Assembly (NCBI GenBank): GCA_009103225.1
Contig: RHPI01002918.1
Location: 12,237 to 76,236 of the forward strand
From: Chlorokybus atmophyticus
Taxonomy: Eukaryota > Plantae > Mesostigma and Chlorokybus algae
Reading direction: 5' to 3'
Length of the DNA stretch: 64,000 nucleotides
Shown one piece after another: positions 51,601-64,000 of the stretch (positions are counted from its first letter, which is position 1; each line of letters opens with the position of its first letter). The notes under the pieces were generated by a model. The model made no database searches. It saw nothing but the letters and a program-made list of their open reading frames with translations, and was not told the DNA's origin. A program made the translations under genes and the position numbers.

Positions 51601-53736
51601 NNNNNNNNNNNNNNNNNNNNNNNNNNNNNNNNNNNNNNNNNNNNNNNNNNNNNNNNNNNNNNNNNNNNNNNNNNNNNNNNNNNNNNNNNNNNNNNNNNNN
51701 NNNNNNNNNNNNNNNNNNNNNNNNNNNNNNNNNNNNNNNNNNNNNNNNNNNNNNNNNNNNNNNNNNNNNNNNNNNNNNNNNNNNNNNNNNNNNNNNNNNN
51801 NNNNNNNNNNNNNNNNNNNNNNNNNNNNNNNNNNNNNNNNNNNNNNNNNNNNNNNNNNNNNNNNNNNNNNNNNNNNNNNNNNNNNNNNNNNNNNNNNNNN
51901 NNNNNNNNNNNNNNNNNNNNNNNNNNNNNNNNNNNNNNNNNNNNNNNNNNNNNNNNNNNNNNNNNNNNNNNNNNNNNNNNNNNNNNNNNNNNNNNNNNNN
52001 NNNNNNNGGGGGGCGGGGGTGCAAGGTACTCACCATGCTTCAACCCGCTTGACCATGTGCCTTCATAAACAGACCCGTCTGCCCATGTGAAGCGACCTGT
52101 GCAATGGGTTGCAACTGAGGACTGAGGCTTGGGATAACAAGTTAACCCAGCAGCACAAGTCGTCTGCACGCAGTCATCCAAAGCAGCTGCGTATGACCTT
52201 ACCTTGGCCATCCTCTTTGTTGTTTTTCCATTCGCCATCATATCTGTCTCCATTCGCCCAAACAAAAGTGCCTCTGCCTGTCATGCAGATGGAGGTGTGA
52301 TTTGTGACACAGCTGACTGTCTGAGAAGATGAGCACCCAACATTGCATGCTGCTTGCTTTCCCAATGCCACAACCTCCGCCTCATGCTGCGCACTTACCA
52401 GACATGCAGCCTGCAACCCACTCCCCACTGTACTCGTTTCCGTTGGCCCATCGGAACCGGCCAGGGCCTGTGAACTATATGGTTGGCATTGGCACCAATT
52501 TGCCAGCTGCTTCAAGCTAACAGCCCGTAATGGCACTCACCTTCGTGCATGTCATCTCGCCACAATCCTTCATATACATCTCCAGACGAGTATCGCTTGA
52601 TACCAAGCCCTGGAAGTACGTAGTGGCTTCAACAGTTTGTGCCAATACCGCAAGCGAGTCAGAAATATGAATGTCTTACCATGCTTTTGGTCTTTGAGCC
52701 AGCTACCAATGTAACTCGCCCCATCCACTGCTATGTAGGTACCCATTCCCTTCATACGGCAAGATTGTTGATTCCATTGCAAGCAGGTGCGCAAACAACT
52801 TGGCAATTGCATGCGAGGGGAATGCGCCCTTACCTGCATATAACCATCCACCCAGTCGCCCTCGTACTTTGCGCCCGATGCCCACGCATAGCTGGCCAAC
52901 CCAATGCAAAACAAATCAGTTAATAGTGCAAATCACACCAAAGCCGCAAGCCAACCCACTACATACAATGCAAACAGTTTGAACATTTTTGCGCGAGACA
53001 GACAGCAGCTTGAAACCACACAGTTACCTGCCCCTGCCGTACTGCTGGCCTTCAATCCAGTCACCATCATACCAGCTGCGATCAGCCCAGTCATATTTGC
53101 CCTTCCCGTGCGGCTGTTGCAGTACATGCATGTCAGTCAAATGCCAATGGAGATATCAACATCAAACTGCAAAGAAGATGGCATGAGTTTGCAAACCTTG
53201 CCCTCCTTCCACTCGCCAACGTACACATCACCATTGTCAAACTTCTTTGTCTGCAAGCAACAGAAGCCTTGCTCACTGCTTATGACCAGACATGACACGT
53301 GTGGAATGGCAAAGGTACTTCGCGCCCCTCGACTTCATTCTTGCACAACAGTGCTGACATGACATGGTGCTGATGTAGCGCAATTGTGCAGGCGAGCAGT
53401 GCAGTCAACTGCGGCTGGTACGAGAAATGCATCGTGACCAGACCACTTGGCGAAATAGCTGCAATGCACAACCATGCAGCACAGAGAGTGCCTTCGAATT
53501 GCCAACCCGCAACAAACTACAAACACCCTCCCTTTACCTATGCAAGAAGCACATTACAATGCAGCATGATGAGCTGTGGGTGCTTGTCTGTCAGTGTGGA
53601 CGCAGCGTACCTGTACATTCTTCTTTTCCACCCCGACCTTTTTGGCATTGCGGTAAGCGTTGAGAGTCTCTACGAACTCCAGGTTTGAAATGTTGAGCTC
53701 ATGGTTGGATGTCAAGCTTGTTTGGATCGACACCAT
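48633..53736 (-). CDS. PIP5K: Phosphatidylinositol-4-phosphate 5-kinase with N-terminal MORN repeats (plant type B)
   Basis: MORN repeats read NGDVYVGEWK, WASGAKYEGDWVDG, WANGDRYDGEW and WADGSVYEGTW. The kinase domain reads [77 protein letters not shown] and GIIDILQEY. Confidence 0.96.
51323..52008. other. Assembly gap (N run) in a PIP5K intron
   Basis: The run of N lies between a (GT)n tract and a G-rich tract. Confidence 0.99.
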
Positions 53737-56691
53737 GTGAACAACGCAGCGCCACAGCTACGAGCAGCAGCAGCTGTCCCGCCTTGTGCTATGCGCAACT
53801 AGCGTGCAATGCAGCACCTAACTAGCCAGAGAGCGACTGGCAGTGGCCTGCCCGAGGGCGTCAATCACACGTCCAGCAGCAGGAAAGCCGACGGACTCAA
53901 CGTTAAGACCAAGCTAGCCCCAAGCTAGGGTGGGGGTCAAGAACCCTCCCCCTCCGCACCTTCTACATCCCAAACAATCTACGGGGCAATAAAATCGCGC
54001 TCAGGACAAGAACGCAGCTTCCACAGCAATTTGCCAAAATCACGCAGCCGCTCCAGCTCGTTTTGCCGCCTCTCCACAGCCGCAACCCAATCCCTCCTCC
54101 TTTTTCCTTCTTCAGCTGCAAGCCACAAGCAGCTAGCTAGCGGCCAACGATTGAAGTGCTACGCTGCCTCTGTGCAAGGCGCAACAACGCCACGTTCGGC
54201 AGCAGATGCCGCCTATCGGCACCCGCCCTGGAACGCTCCGCCCCTTGACGTGACAGCTGACAACACGGTGGCGGCGTCGTTCAGCGCAGGGGAGGAGGCG
54301 GCGGTGGCCACTACAGCGGTGGGCCAGCATGCCAAGCCAATGAATTGTGTCCTGTCCGTAGTGTAGATGTCAGGGTCATCATTTCAAATGCCAGCAACTT
54401 CTGTTGTGTTCTATTTGCGCCTGCCCGGCCACCTGCCAAGTCCGATGATGACAGCTGGCGCTCGTCCCCAATAGATGTATGACTATAGGAGTTTAAAGCT
54501 CGGTTTTGCTTGCAGGTACATCATTCATAAGTGATGTTAATCAAGTTGCATTGTACGAAGACCGACGCAATAAGTGTCATGCACTTCAACAATATAATGT
54601 TGGCCCAACATTGTTAAACAATGTTGCACGGCTGCTAAATAACAGCCACGCCTTGGATGGTCGCGCAGCTTAATTTAAATAGCCTCGTGAGGAATTTTTT
54701 TGCTTAATGTATTAATGAGTATTGGTCGAAGTTGGTGGTCGTGTAAGAATGTAATGCACATCACATTTGACGAATGTTGAAATTTTAATTGATCACATGC
54801 TTACGATATTGTTGCATAATTTGGTGCGATTGGTTGCGGTTAAACTTCATCGGCATCAACTGATTTAGTCGTAAAGGTTTATTAGCACATGTTAAATGCA
54901 AATCATGGTTCCAAAACAAATGCTCAATCAAACCATGTTCAGGCAATGGAATAATTATATAAACCTCAAATTCAAGAAAATGCATTAACGATGTACAAAA
55001 TATACAGTTAAAGATCGCACGCTCGCATTCATGTTGTAGCTTAGCAACGCACAAGCATGGACATTAATATGACTGCAGGCTGCTGACATTAGATGTCAAG
55101 TCTCAAAGTGTCATACATGAACACGTTCACGCGCTGACGGTATTAAGCCCTCAAACAAACATGTTAATCAACATAACAATTCGTCTTGGACAAAAAGCAC
55201 ATTGCAAGTAGACACTACCTCCCGAAAAGGCCATTCAAATTTATTTATGCCTGCGAGATGCCTACCACATAACTTAATCAAATAGACTTTTACTTACATC
55301 ACTTAAAAACCCTTCCCCCCTTTCTAAACGCCGTCAATCAATGTTTTTAAATTAATATGCGGTTGTTGCTAACTTATTTACAGGAGAATTGGTTCACATC
55401 GGATGTGCACAGACCCCTACATATAGTAGAAGGTATCATACATACAGACATGATGAACGGTCAGGCTAAGGAACAAGTTGCTACTTCCAGTGAAAAATAC
55501 TAATTGTATGACTTTTTATAATACACTATGTTGCAAATTGCTAATCAACGTGATTTGCGTACGAAAAGCGCCATAATGGACGTTAATTGGGTGAACACTA
55601 ATGATCGATCAATCTCCTTTTCAGCTAGCACCATCAGTGCAATGGTGCGGGAAGGGCGCTATTAAATCCGCTCATGAAGTTGTAACTTAATCACATCAAA
55701 CAACAAGGCAATCAACATTAATCTTAGGTCATTCTCTGCAACACCGCAGGCATCACGACAAGCTGATAGTCTTGTCTTTCATTCATTTTGACAGCCTGTA
55801 ATATTGACAGTGAGTGTCAAGCGAAGACAATGCAATAATTGTATATGCAAGACAACAAAAAGAGCGCTACGATTATGCATGCAAAGAATGACATCAGCAA
55901 GCCAACAATATTCATTGTCTTTGCCTTTGATGTACACTTGCACCAATAATGGCCGTATCTGTGTGTACATGATATGCAAGGCGCTGTACGCATGTTTGTG
56001 TTGTGCATTCACACATGCATGTGCTGTTTCCAATGTGTTTATGACAACGGGTTGGTGCTTGTGTGCGTGTGTGGCTTGTGCTTGCATGTGTGACCAGCTT
56101 GGTAGCAATGCATTGCACAATGCTATCTGGCCCCAACATGGCTACAAGTTTATGCGATGTACACGTTATGCTGTTGATGTATATTAACGAAAGAGAGTTG
56201 TGCACATAAAACTGCCTAGTCTAGATTGAATTCACTTAGGTTAAGTGCAAAGGTTGTGTGATTGTGTTAGGTTTTGTATATGGTTGCCTACTGCTGACTG
56301 TGCTTCGCTGTGTCTGATTGCATTTTAAGCCCCTCTATTGTTCTCTATGCTTGCATGCAAGCGCGAACACAACTAGGACCTCTTGCGCACATTGCATGTC
56401 AACTTTTGTGTGCAGTTCACCTGCACCAAAACCACTTAGAGCTGTGAACAAGCAGTATGCTCAGTTGCATGTGACATGGCTGTCAGTAGTGTAATGAGCC
56501 TGACACACCGCCACACAACCCAACACATCGCAGGGTAATGTTGAACACAGTCCAAATGGTCACACTCATTGCCTATGGTGCAAGCAGACCAACAGCCTGC
56601 ATGTCCCAATGCTGGCCTCACAACTACTGGTATCAGCATGTTCCTAGTTGCTAATTATGTAATACATACAAGGAGGCGTGCGTAAGTGCAG

Positions 56692-59304
56692 CTAGCTTTC
56701 GCGGCGTGACTCAGGTGATGGCGGGGAGGGCACCACGAACTTGTCTTGGCGTGCATCAAACGAAGAAGAGCGGGAGTGGCGGTTCTCTACGCGGGAGGCA
56801 ACATGTGCCCCATTGGTGTTGGTGTCGGGAAGACGCGTCTCAACCATGCGAGTCTCTGCGCGTCCGTCCTCAATTGGGGGCAACTGTACAACAGAGCGAC
56901 TGCGAACGGGGACCTGCAGTGGCAGTCCGAGCCCCATGCTGTGCCCTTCCTCCACATCCTTGATATCCTTGTCCTTGGGTGTAATCTCCACCTTCAGCAG
57001 CCCTGGCAACACGCGCAATGGGGCCTTGAAGTGGTCTACACCTGTCATGCGGTCAGGACTCCAGCAGCTGTCGCATTGGCAGCAACAGATCTGGGCCTTG
57101 CTGGTCGCTTGAGTCTCTGGTGTGTAGCGCGAATGTTTGAACGCAGCGGCTTCTCTTGAATGCAGAGGCAACAATTGTACTGCACCAGGTGCAGCAAATC
57201 TTTCAACCATATCTGCGCGATCACACCACATGACCAAGTTAAACTCGCATGTTCATGTGCTACCATTGCCATGAGATTGCCACCAGCTAAAGCCTACCAA
57301 AATCGTAGAACTTTCGATCGACCATGTAGAAGACCAACGGTACCGCATACCTATTGGGCGAGCAAGCAGTTCAACAACCACTCAACAAACAACCAGCAAC
57401 AAGCAGAGAGATTCAACAGTGGCCTCACCAGGCGACCACCACATCCACAGTATAGTGCTTTCTTGAGGCAATAATCAGGACTGTCAAGAGTCCAGCCAAG
57501 CACCAAGCAACGTGCTTCAGTACTCTGCAGATATACACAACATTGGTCAGCACAACTCAAAGCTGTGTGACCAGACCAACAGCACCAAGCAACCGAGCAA
57601 ACCAAACTAAGCACCTTGAGCTGGCATATTTATTGAACATCAATACGAAGGTGATTGCGAACGTCATGTGTGATGAGAAGATGAGGTCACCGCATCCAAA
57701 CATTGTTGTCTTGCCCACTGCACATCAGCAACACACATGTTAGAATAGATGATCATAGACTATATGACGATGCTTCCAGCATGACCACAGCAAGCAGGCT
57801 TACAGTTTAGCGCTAGAATGTCAAAGACACCAGTGGGGGGAGGCAATGTGGCAGCAGCAGAACCCTGTGAACACGATGTCAATATGCATAAAGACAGCAG
57901 CCACAGAAAGGAAAGCTGAGGAGATTGACCCATTATTCACAACCTACCTCACGGCAGTGGTAATTTGGACCCGGCAATTGAGTTGCTGTAAACGAGAGGA
58001 TGCGAAAGAATTGCGACAGCTGTGCAACAATGCGGCTTTCAGCACAAAGGCGAGCTGCTCTCAACTAGTGACCAGTAACTTGCAACGCAGACACACATAC
58101 CACAAGTGTGGTTAAAACTTGTGCCCACAACACTGCGGTGTAGAAACGCTTCCGAAACATGACAAATGGATGAAAGCTCCACTGGAGACGAGCAGACGGA
58201 TTGACATCAGTTGCAAAGCTGAATGCTGACAGTGCGTGCTGGCAAGGAAAGGTGCTGACCGTTATGAAAGAGAACAGGATGACAAAAAACACCCATTCGC
58301 TCATGTACTTGCGGGAGACGCCTAATTCCTGCATAGCACGCTATGTCAGTCAAGTAATGCAAAACTACCCGTGTTGCGTGACATGTCACAAATGACCGGT
58401 CACTCCATGCAGCCAAGTTGAACTGAGCAAGCCTACGCCTCGGGCTGAGAAAATAAGAGACGCAAGATGCTTACCGGAACGAGGTCAAACCCCACATCAT
58501 GCAGCACCGGGCCTGGTTTATGAAGAAAGTGTGCTCCATGCGCTGCTACTCCATGAACATACTGTCAATTGCATCACATCTTGTCAGGGCTAGCCATATA
58601 GATCAAAAAGCAGGCAATACCGAGTCAGAATCACTGGCCTGGAAAGCGTTCCATATTCTGTAATTCAGCAGATCAACAGGTATGTGACGCAAGCTTACCT
58701 GGAACAGAAGTGCCAGCAATATGGTGCGCCACCTCTGCATTAGATGTGGCCATTCTACCACAACCTCCAGGCATATCCGGCGCCAACCCTAAGTCACAAT
58801 CAACGAAGTGTCACACGCGCGCACATAGCAGTAGAACCATCCTCAGGACAACAGCTGGCAAGCTAACAGTACCAGATGCATGCTAAAAGTCTGTGTGTTT
58901 ATGACAAAGAGTTTCAGCATAGCTCTGAAACCTTGTGTGTCATAAACAAAGCAGGGTCAGAGGAAGCGTGCCGCTTTAGCACAGGACCAGGTACAATGAA
59001 CTGCCTGCAGCTAGCCCGGTGTGTACAGCTTAACATACACAAACCACACTTGCCGCGCGAGCCTGCACCTTCAGAAAGCGCTTAATTTCGCTGCACGGAT
59101 AGCCATTGCAGATAACCCGTGTTCACGCAACGAAGCTGTTGAATGACACGACGAGAGCACACGACAGACGGCGGCTGAAGCGACCTGCAGCTAGCTTAGC
59201 AGGCCGAGCAAAACCGAAGCAGTCAGTACCTCTTTGGCAATCTGCGTGCAAGATGCGATCGCTCCGGAGCAGCTGAACGGCCACGCCGGCCGGCCGACAC
59301 CCAT
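56692..59304 (-). CDS. IPCS: Inositol phosphorylceramide synthase (plant IPCS/ERH1 family); multi-exon, 5' end uncertain
   Basis: [30 protein letters not shown]|[29 protein letters not shown]|[14 protein letters not shown]...WSFHPF...[10 protein letters not shown], followed by [13 protein letters not shown] and [17 protein letters not shown]. These are the plant IPCS catalytic H/H/D motifs. Confidence 0.9.
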
Positions 59305-62300
59305 GGCCGCTCAACTTGCTGGAAACTATTAGCAAGCTCAGGGCGGTGCCTGACTACCGACCGCGGGGCCACGGAGGGTCAGCAGCGCATGCTACCTATG
59401 AGCTTAACAACGGGTATGCTGACCCAGTGGCCCCAGCAGCCACTGCCGCACAGCATGCTCCTTGGGGCAGCAGCCTGCACGGCACCCAAACCGCCACCAA
59501 GCAACCGGCCGCAACACGCCTCTCAGCAAGCGAGGGGGCGGGCCGCAGGCCGGTCGCAAACGCCTGGCGCCCGGTTGCTACCTTCGCCACCAACCAGCCG
59601 TCCTGAAGCCTGCCACGCTACGCACCTGGGCAACCCCGCCGGCGCTTCTGCCGCCACCGCCACCGCCGCTGCTACCACCACCGCCGCCGCCGACGGAAGC
59701 GCCCGCGTAACTTCCGTCGACGTGACCAGAGCAGCTTCCCGCGGCGCATTCAAACAAGTTCGCGGTTAAAGCAGCTCCGGTTTTGCCAACCGGCATCTCG
59801 TGAGCCAGGAAACTCTTGAGACGCAACCTGCAGGTTAATGGCGCTGCCAGCGCGGCTCATGACTTATGAGTCATGAGAAACGCACAGGTACAGCAAAAGA
59901 CACTCCCCAACAGCCACTTGGGCGCTCGGTGGCGGTTTCGTAACGTCGTGCAAGACTTGTGTCATTAAGGCAGCAGTCGTTTTCTTCAAGCCTCTGCTGT
60001 AGATTCATGACGATGTTCTCTTGGACAGAAAGTCAGTCGCAGAATCACGGAGGAACAACCCTAACGGTTGTCAGACCGTGAGTTAAGTAACCGCGCTGGC
60101 AATTGCAATGCGCAAACCGCGTGCACGGGCAGAGGCCAGCGGAGGCGGCTAGACCGGCGTCTACGACGCAATGACCGGTGTTAAACACCATGAAATAGCA
60201 TGCAGTGGATTCTGCGACCTGCAAGCCTCGTAACATTGGTCGAATTGTCCGACACCTGATTGGCACCTAGCACAGTGGTTGGTGGCGCCAGCATCAGCAC
60301 TCTCGAATTGGTTTGAATTTCACCATCAACCGCCATTTGGCGCGCGCAGCGGCACGGTACATGCAATGGTGGAGGTACGTGGTACATCCAAAACAAGGTG
60401 AAGGTATGGTTGACTTGATTCATTATGTTATATACAATTTAACCCTAGTATAATGTATTGTATGTAGCTTAATGAAAGGGCTCTTGCAGAGTTCATTGTT
60501 TTATGGATGAAAACAAACACCTTTATATCATAAATTTACGCAAATTGCCTTAAAGTAACATTGCGATCGTCACTAGCAATCACAATCAACAAAGCATATG
60601 TGTATTGTCCAACATGCGTCAACTAGCCAGGCTTGCCCGCTTACCACGATCACAGAAACGTTGACCAGCAACTAGGAATACTATACACTACAAGTAGTAG
60701 TTGTAGTGTATAGTATTTTTTATAATGGTAATAGTATAAAGCTTGAGACCATACATACATTACTGATGCAAACAACATATAAACGATATGGTTGTCACGG
60801 CAAAATGTTGATGCCATAGATGAAAGCACACTTCATATATGTTTTGTGGTAGGTATGTAGTAATGGTATTAATAATACAATAGCGTTAATGCGGCAACTT
60901 TTAGAAGTGTCGGCTTTGTCCGATTCGTGTATTCAGCATGTGGTTGTTATTAATGTTGCGATTGCTTTGCTATTGCAGTTTGTCATCTTAACTGCTGCGC
61001 TATGGCCGAAAAAGGTGCTACATAGGCAGAAAAAAACATGTCGCACGTTGTCTCCTGCATGTCAATGCAAGCCTCATGTACATGTCCCTTACTCATACAT
61101 GGAGTCTTTCGCCTCCCTCGCACAAATCGTACCTATTGGATGTCATGTTATTTGTACATGCGTCACTTTCACACCCTCTTAGCAGCATACCATTTGCATT
61201 ATCAGATTCAATACACGAAAAAACGCAACCAATTTCAGCTACGTAATTGATGATCTCAGTATCGATTGTTATTACCAGTGTTATTACATGTGTCACACAG
61301 TTGAACATCATGTTACACAGGTGATAAAACTATCATACCATAGCACTCAACTTGTGTCGTTCAAGTTGTGATGCTGTATTCTCACACGTAATATTAGAAA
61401 CTTGATGATGAATGGGTGAATATATTACAATTGTTAATGCGTATGTAATATTGATATTGCAAGCTGGTTTGCCCATAACATGCTTATCTATTATCATACT
61501 TGGGTGACATGCAAATGCACATTTTGTCATTCTGCACCGCCATTTTTGCAAAAGACGTAAAATTACAAGGGTGGTCCACTATGGATGAGTCCAAACACCA
61601 CTTTTGCTCACGCTGGTTCTGTTAATGGGGAGGTGGTGGCTTGGCCGGCGCGAATGCTACTTGTAATTGCACGGATTGCTGGACGAAATAACTGTGCTTA
61701 GGCACCTCCCTTTTAATCTTCTTCTCCTGCTGCGGGTATCAGCTGCAGCGCACGGGGGTGGTATTAAGGTGACGCCGCGCCGCTGAACGCTCAGGAGATT
61801 GCCCTTGTAGGAGCGGACTTTGCAAATTGCAATACCACCCTGCGTGGAGCATAACATTCGAGCCTATTTTGAGAATAGCCATTTGACGCTCCCCCACAAG
61901 CCATGCTCAGTTGCGGATTTTAAAGTGCGTGTTATAGAGTTAACCGGCAGGTTGTCGAGCCCAAACGTCCTACCCACGGATACCGATGGCCACGTCGTCG
62001 TCGGTCAGGTGGGCCAACACTGTGAAACATTATTTCAATTAATATACTCCATTGATAAATTGTACTGCAATCAATGTAATGTTACATTGATGCTCATACA
62101 ATATTGATATTTGTTAAAGATACTTTAATGTTGCAATAAAAAGTACAATAGTAGTAATGATGATAGTACATTATAATCGGCACCTTCATCACCAAGGTAT
62201 TGAGCAACAATCGCTGCCATACGGGGAGCCACATGTCTCAAATATGCCCCATCATATGTGTATTGCATATAATAAACAATTATGATTAATACTTGCTTAT

Positions 62301-63506
62301 TGTGTTGTTGATTTGTAAAATGCACTAATACATCATTGCGTTTCGTTGCTCGGCAACGTTTCCGGGCCGAAAGTTTATTGTTGTTGAGCAAGATGCGAGA
62401 GAAATAAGGTTTTGCATGTTACTCACTCAATGGCTTCTTCAAAGTGTTGAAAAAGCTAGCATAGTAGGCAAAAACAAACAGCAAAAGACAAGGGCCATCC
62501 ACCATGATTGACATGGTATAGTCCTTCACCAAGTGCGTCGCATGTATTTGGTACCAAAAACAATTTTTCAGACCGGTGTCTTTTAACTTTCTAATATTGC
62601 GAGACATATGCCCTCACACGCTTATGCCACATCGCAAAGGAACTTTTTTAGCGTTAACGCTTGCTAAAGGTCAAGCAATAAAGCATGTTTAACGTTTGAT
62701 TGCGCTAAGTAAACCCTACACATACCTTGAGGTTTGATCTTGCTTTTGTTCTGTGTGGTACATATGTTGACAAAGTGATAAACAAGTAGCATGCGGCACC
62801 TGCTACTCGACCACTGCTCTAGATGTTGTGTATCACATACTAATATGTGATACACTTGTTCTTAAATGATGTGAATGCGATATGCAGATATGCTATACAT
62901 AAAGCCAAGATGTGAAATCACATTTTTAAAGAGCTCAGAGCTTTATACATACAATGATGAAATCCACATGTGCAGCCCGACATTGCTGTGTGAGGGGTTT
63001 TGTGTATAGTGTGCATGATGCATGCATTATCGTGCTAAACATAGGATATATATACATATATGTATATGTGTGTATAAATGTCTGTGTACATGAGTATGTA
63101 TATATGTGTATATGTATATATACATATGTGAAAACACACCCAATACCTTATTTTGCGCCGTGCTTTTGGTAACGGCGCTTGCGCGTCTATGCTCGACCCA
63201 AGATACACTTGCCCTGCAGCTGCCCCAAATTTTGCAACATTGCACATCATCATTTTATGTAATAGCCACTCGCATGCGGCACGCACTACCTTCATGGGTT
63301 CCCTGACTGTTTCAAAGCGAGTAAGGGGGGAAGTTAAAATCTATTTATCATACAATATGAAACAATGAAAGTTTGGGTATGGTACCGTCGCAATATGTTT
63401 TCCCTGCCGGCCGACTAAATATTGGCAACGGCCGTGCACCTGAGGACGCTAATTTAAACTGTCGTGGCTCAGGCCACCTGTAATCTTGATACAGGGACCT
63501 AATAGT

Positions 63507-63860
63507 AACTTTCGTTACTGTAAGGCCCTTTTTGTTACAATTTAGTCTTTAACAGTTGACTTTGCCTAATCAACAGGCGCCTGTTAGTTACCTATCAGGC
63601 TCTATCAGGTGACTTTATAGAATAAACAGGCACCTGTTAGTCACACACCAGGCCTTAACAAATGACTTTGTGTAATTTACATGCAACTGTTAGTTACACA
63701 TCAGGCCTTATTAGGTGACTACAACTAATCAACGGGCACCTGTAAGTTACACATCAGTCTTACCTAGGTGACTCAGCCTATGTGACAGGCACCTGCAGGT
63801 TACACACCAGTCCAGCGCAGGCGACTAAGCCTAATTCACACGCACCAACTAGGTAATTAT
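63507..63860. repeat. Diverged 53-bp tandem array (5 full units plus degenerate flanking copies) with palindromic core ACAGGCACCTGT
   Basis: Units start with GACT at 63558, 63611, 63664, 63717, 63770 and 63823, an exact 53-nt period. The consensus is roughly GACTTTGCCTAATCAACAGGCACCTGTTAGTTACACATCAGGCCTTATCAGGT. Confidence 0.92.
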
Positions 63861-64000
63861 CGTCAAAATAAGGCATTCTTCAACAACTGAAGGTGACCAA
63901 TGCCTAACTGTCGTTATATGTATTTGCATAGCTTGACTACACGCGACTGTCACTGACTTCCAGCATTGTTATGTGCCCGTGCTGTGTACATGTACCTGAA

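Noticed and set aside
54031-54366. 111-aa Ala-rich ORF on +
   Set aside because: It lies in the GC-rich upstream region of PIP5K and has no motif support, so it is probably promoter or 5' UTR sequence.
59316-59826. Overlapping GC-rich ORFs on both strands with CCG runs
   Set aside because: This is typical of the GC-rich promoter/5' UTR upstream of IPCS, and no domain signal is present.
61560-62610. GC-richer patch and short ORFs in AT-rich DNA, possibly a decayed TE or pseudogene
   Set aside because: The frames are interrupted and show no recognisable transposase, RT or other motif, so it cannot be supported without a search.
63558-63860. CRISPR-like repeat/spacer reading of the 53-bp array
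   Set aside because: The variable parts are homologous to each other, the conserved parts are not identical, there are no cas genes, and the context is eukaryotic.

Overview
Eukaryotic nuclear DNA that is intron-rich (GT-AG, typical acceptor TGCAG) and contains two N-gaps and microsatellites. The proteins are plant-like and AAACCCTA telo-boxes sit near gene starts, which points to a green alga, plausibly an early streptophyte (inference). I reconstructed 12 multi-exon genes by hand. Seven are conserved eukaryotic genes: AGD-type BAR-PH ArfGAP (partial), UBP24/USP10, CLASP, CWC22, heme-b5 sulfite oxidase, MORN-type PIP5K and IPC synthase. Four carry prokaryote-like domains yet have ordinary spliceosomal introns: a 3D-domain (MltA-like) protein, an acidic low-complexity protein ending in five integrase-repeat-like units, a GH110-like beta-helix protein, and a ~1100-aa SF2 ATPase resembling bacterial Z1-type helicases with a C-terminal winged helix and an apparent 1-nt frameshift. 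One is a small orphan gene. Non-coding oddities are an exact 488-bp intron-containing copy of CWC22 (probably an assembly artefact), a 230-bp UBP24/CLASP bidirectional promoter and an indel-free 53-bp array with a palindromic core. No rRNA, tRNA, CRISPR or intact transposon could be supported. Family assignments come from motif recognition, not database searches.
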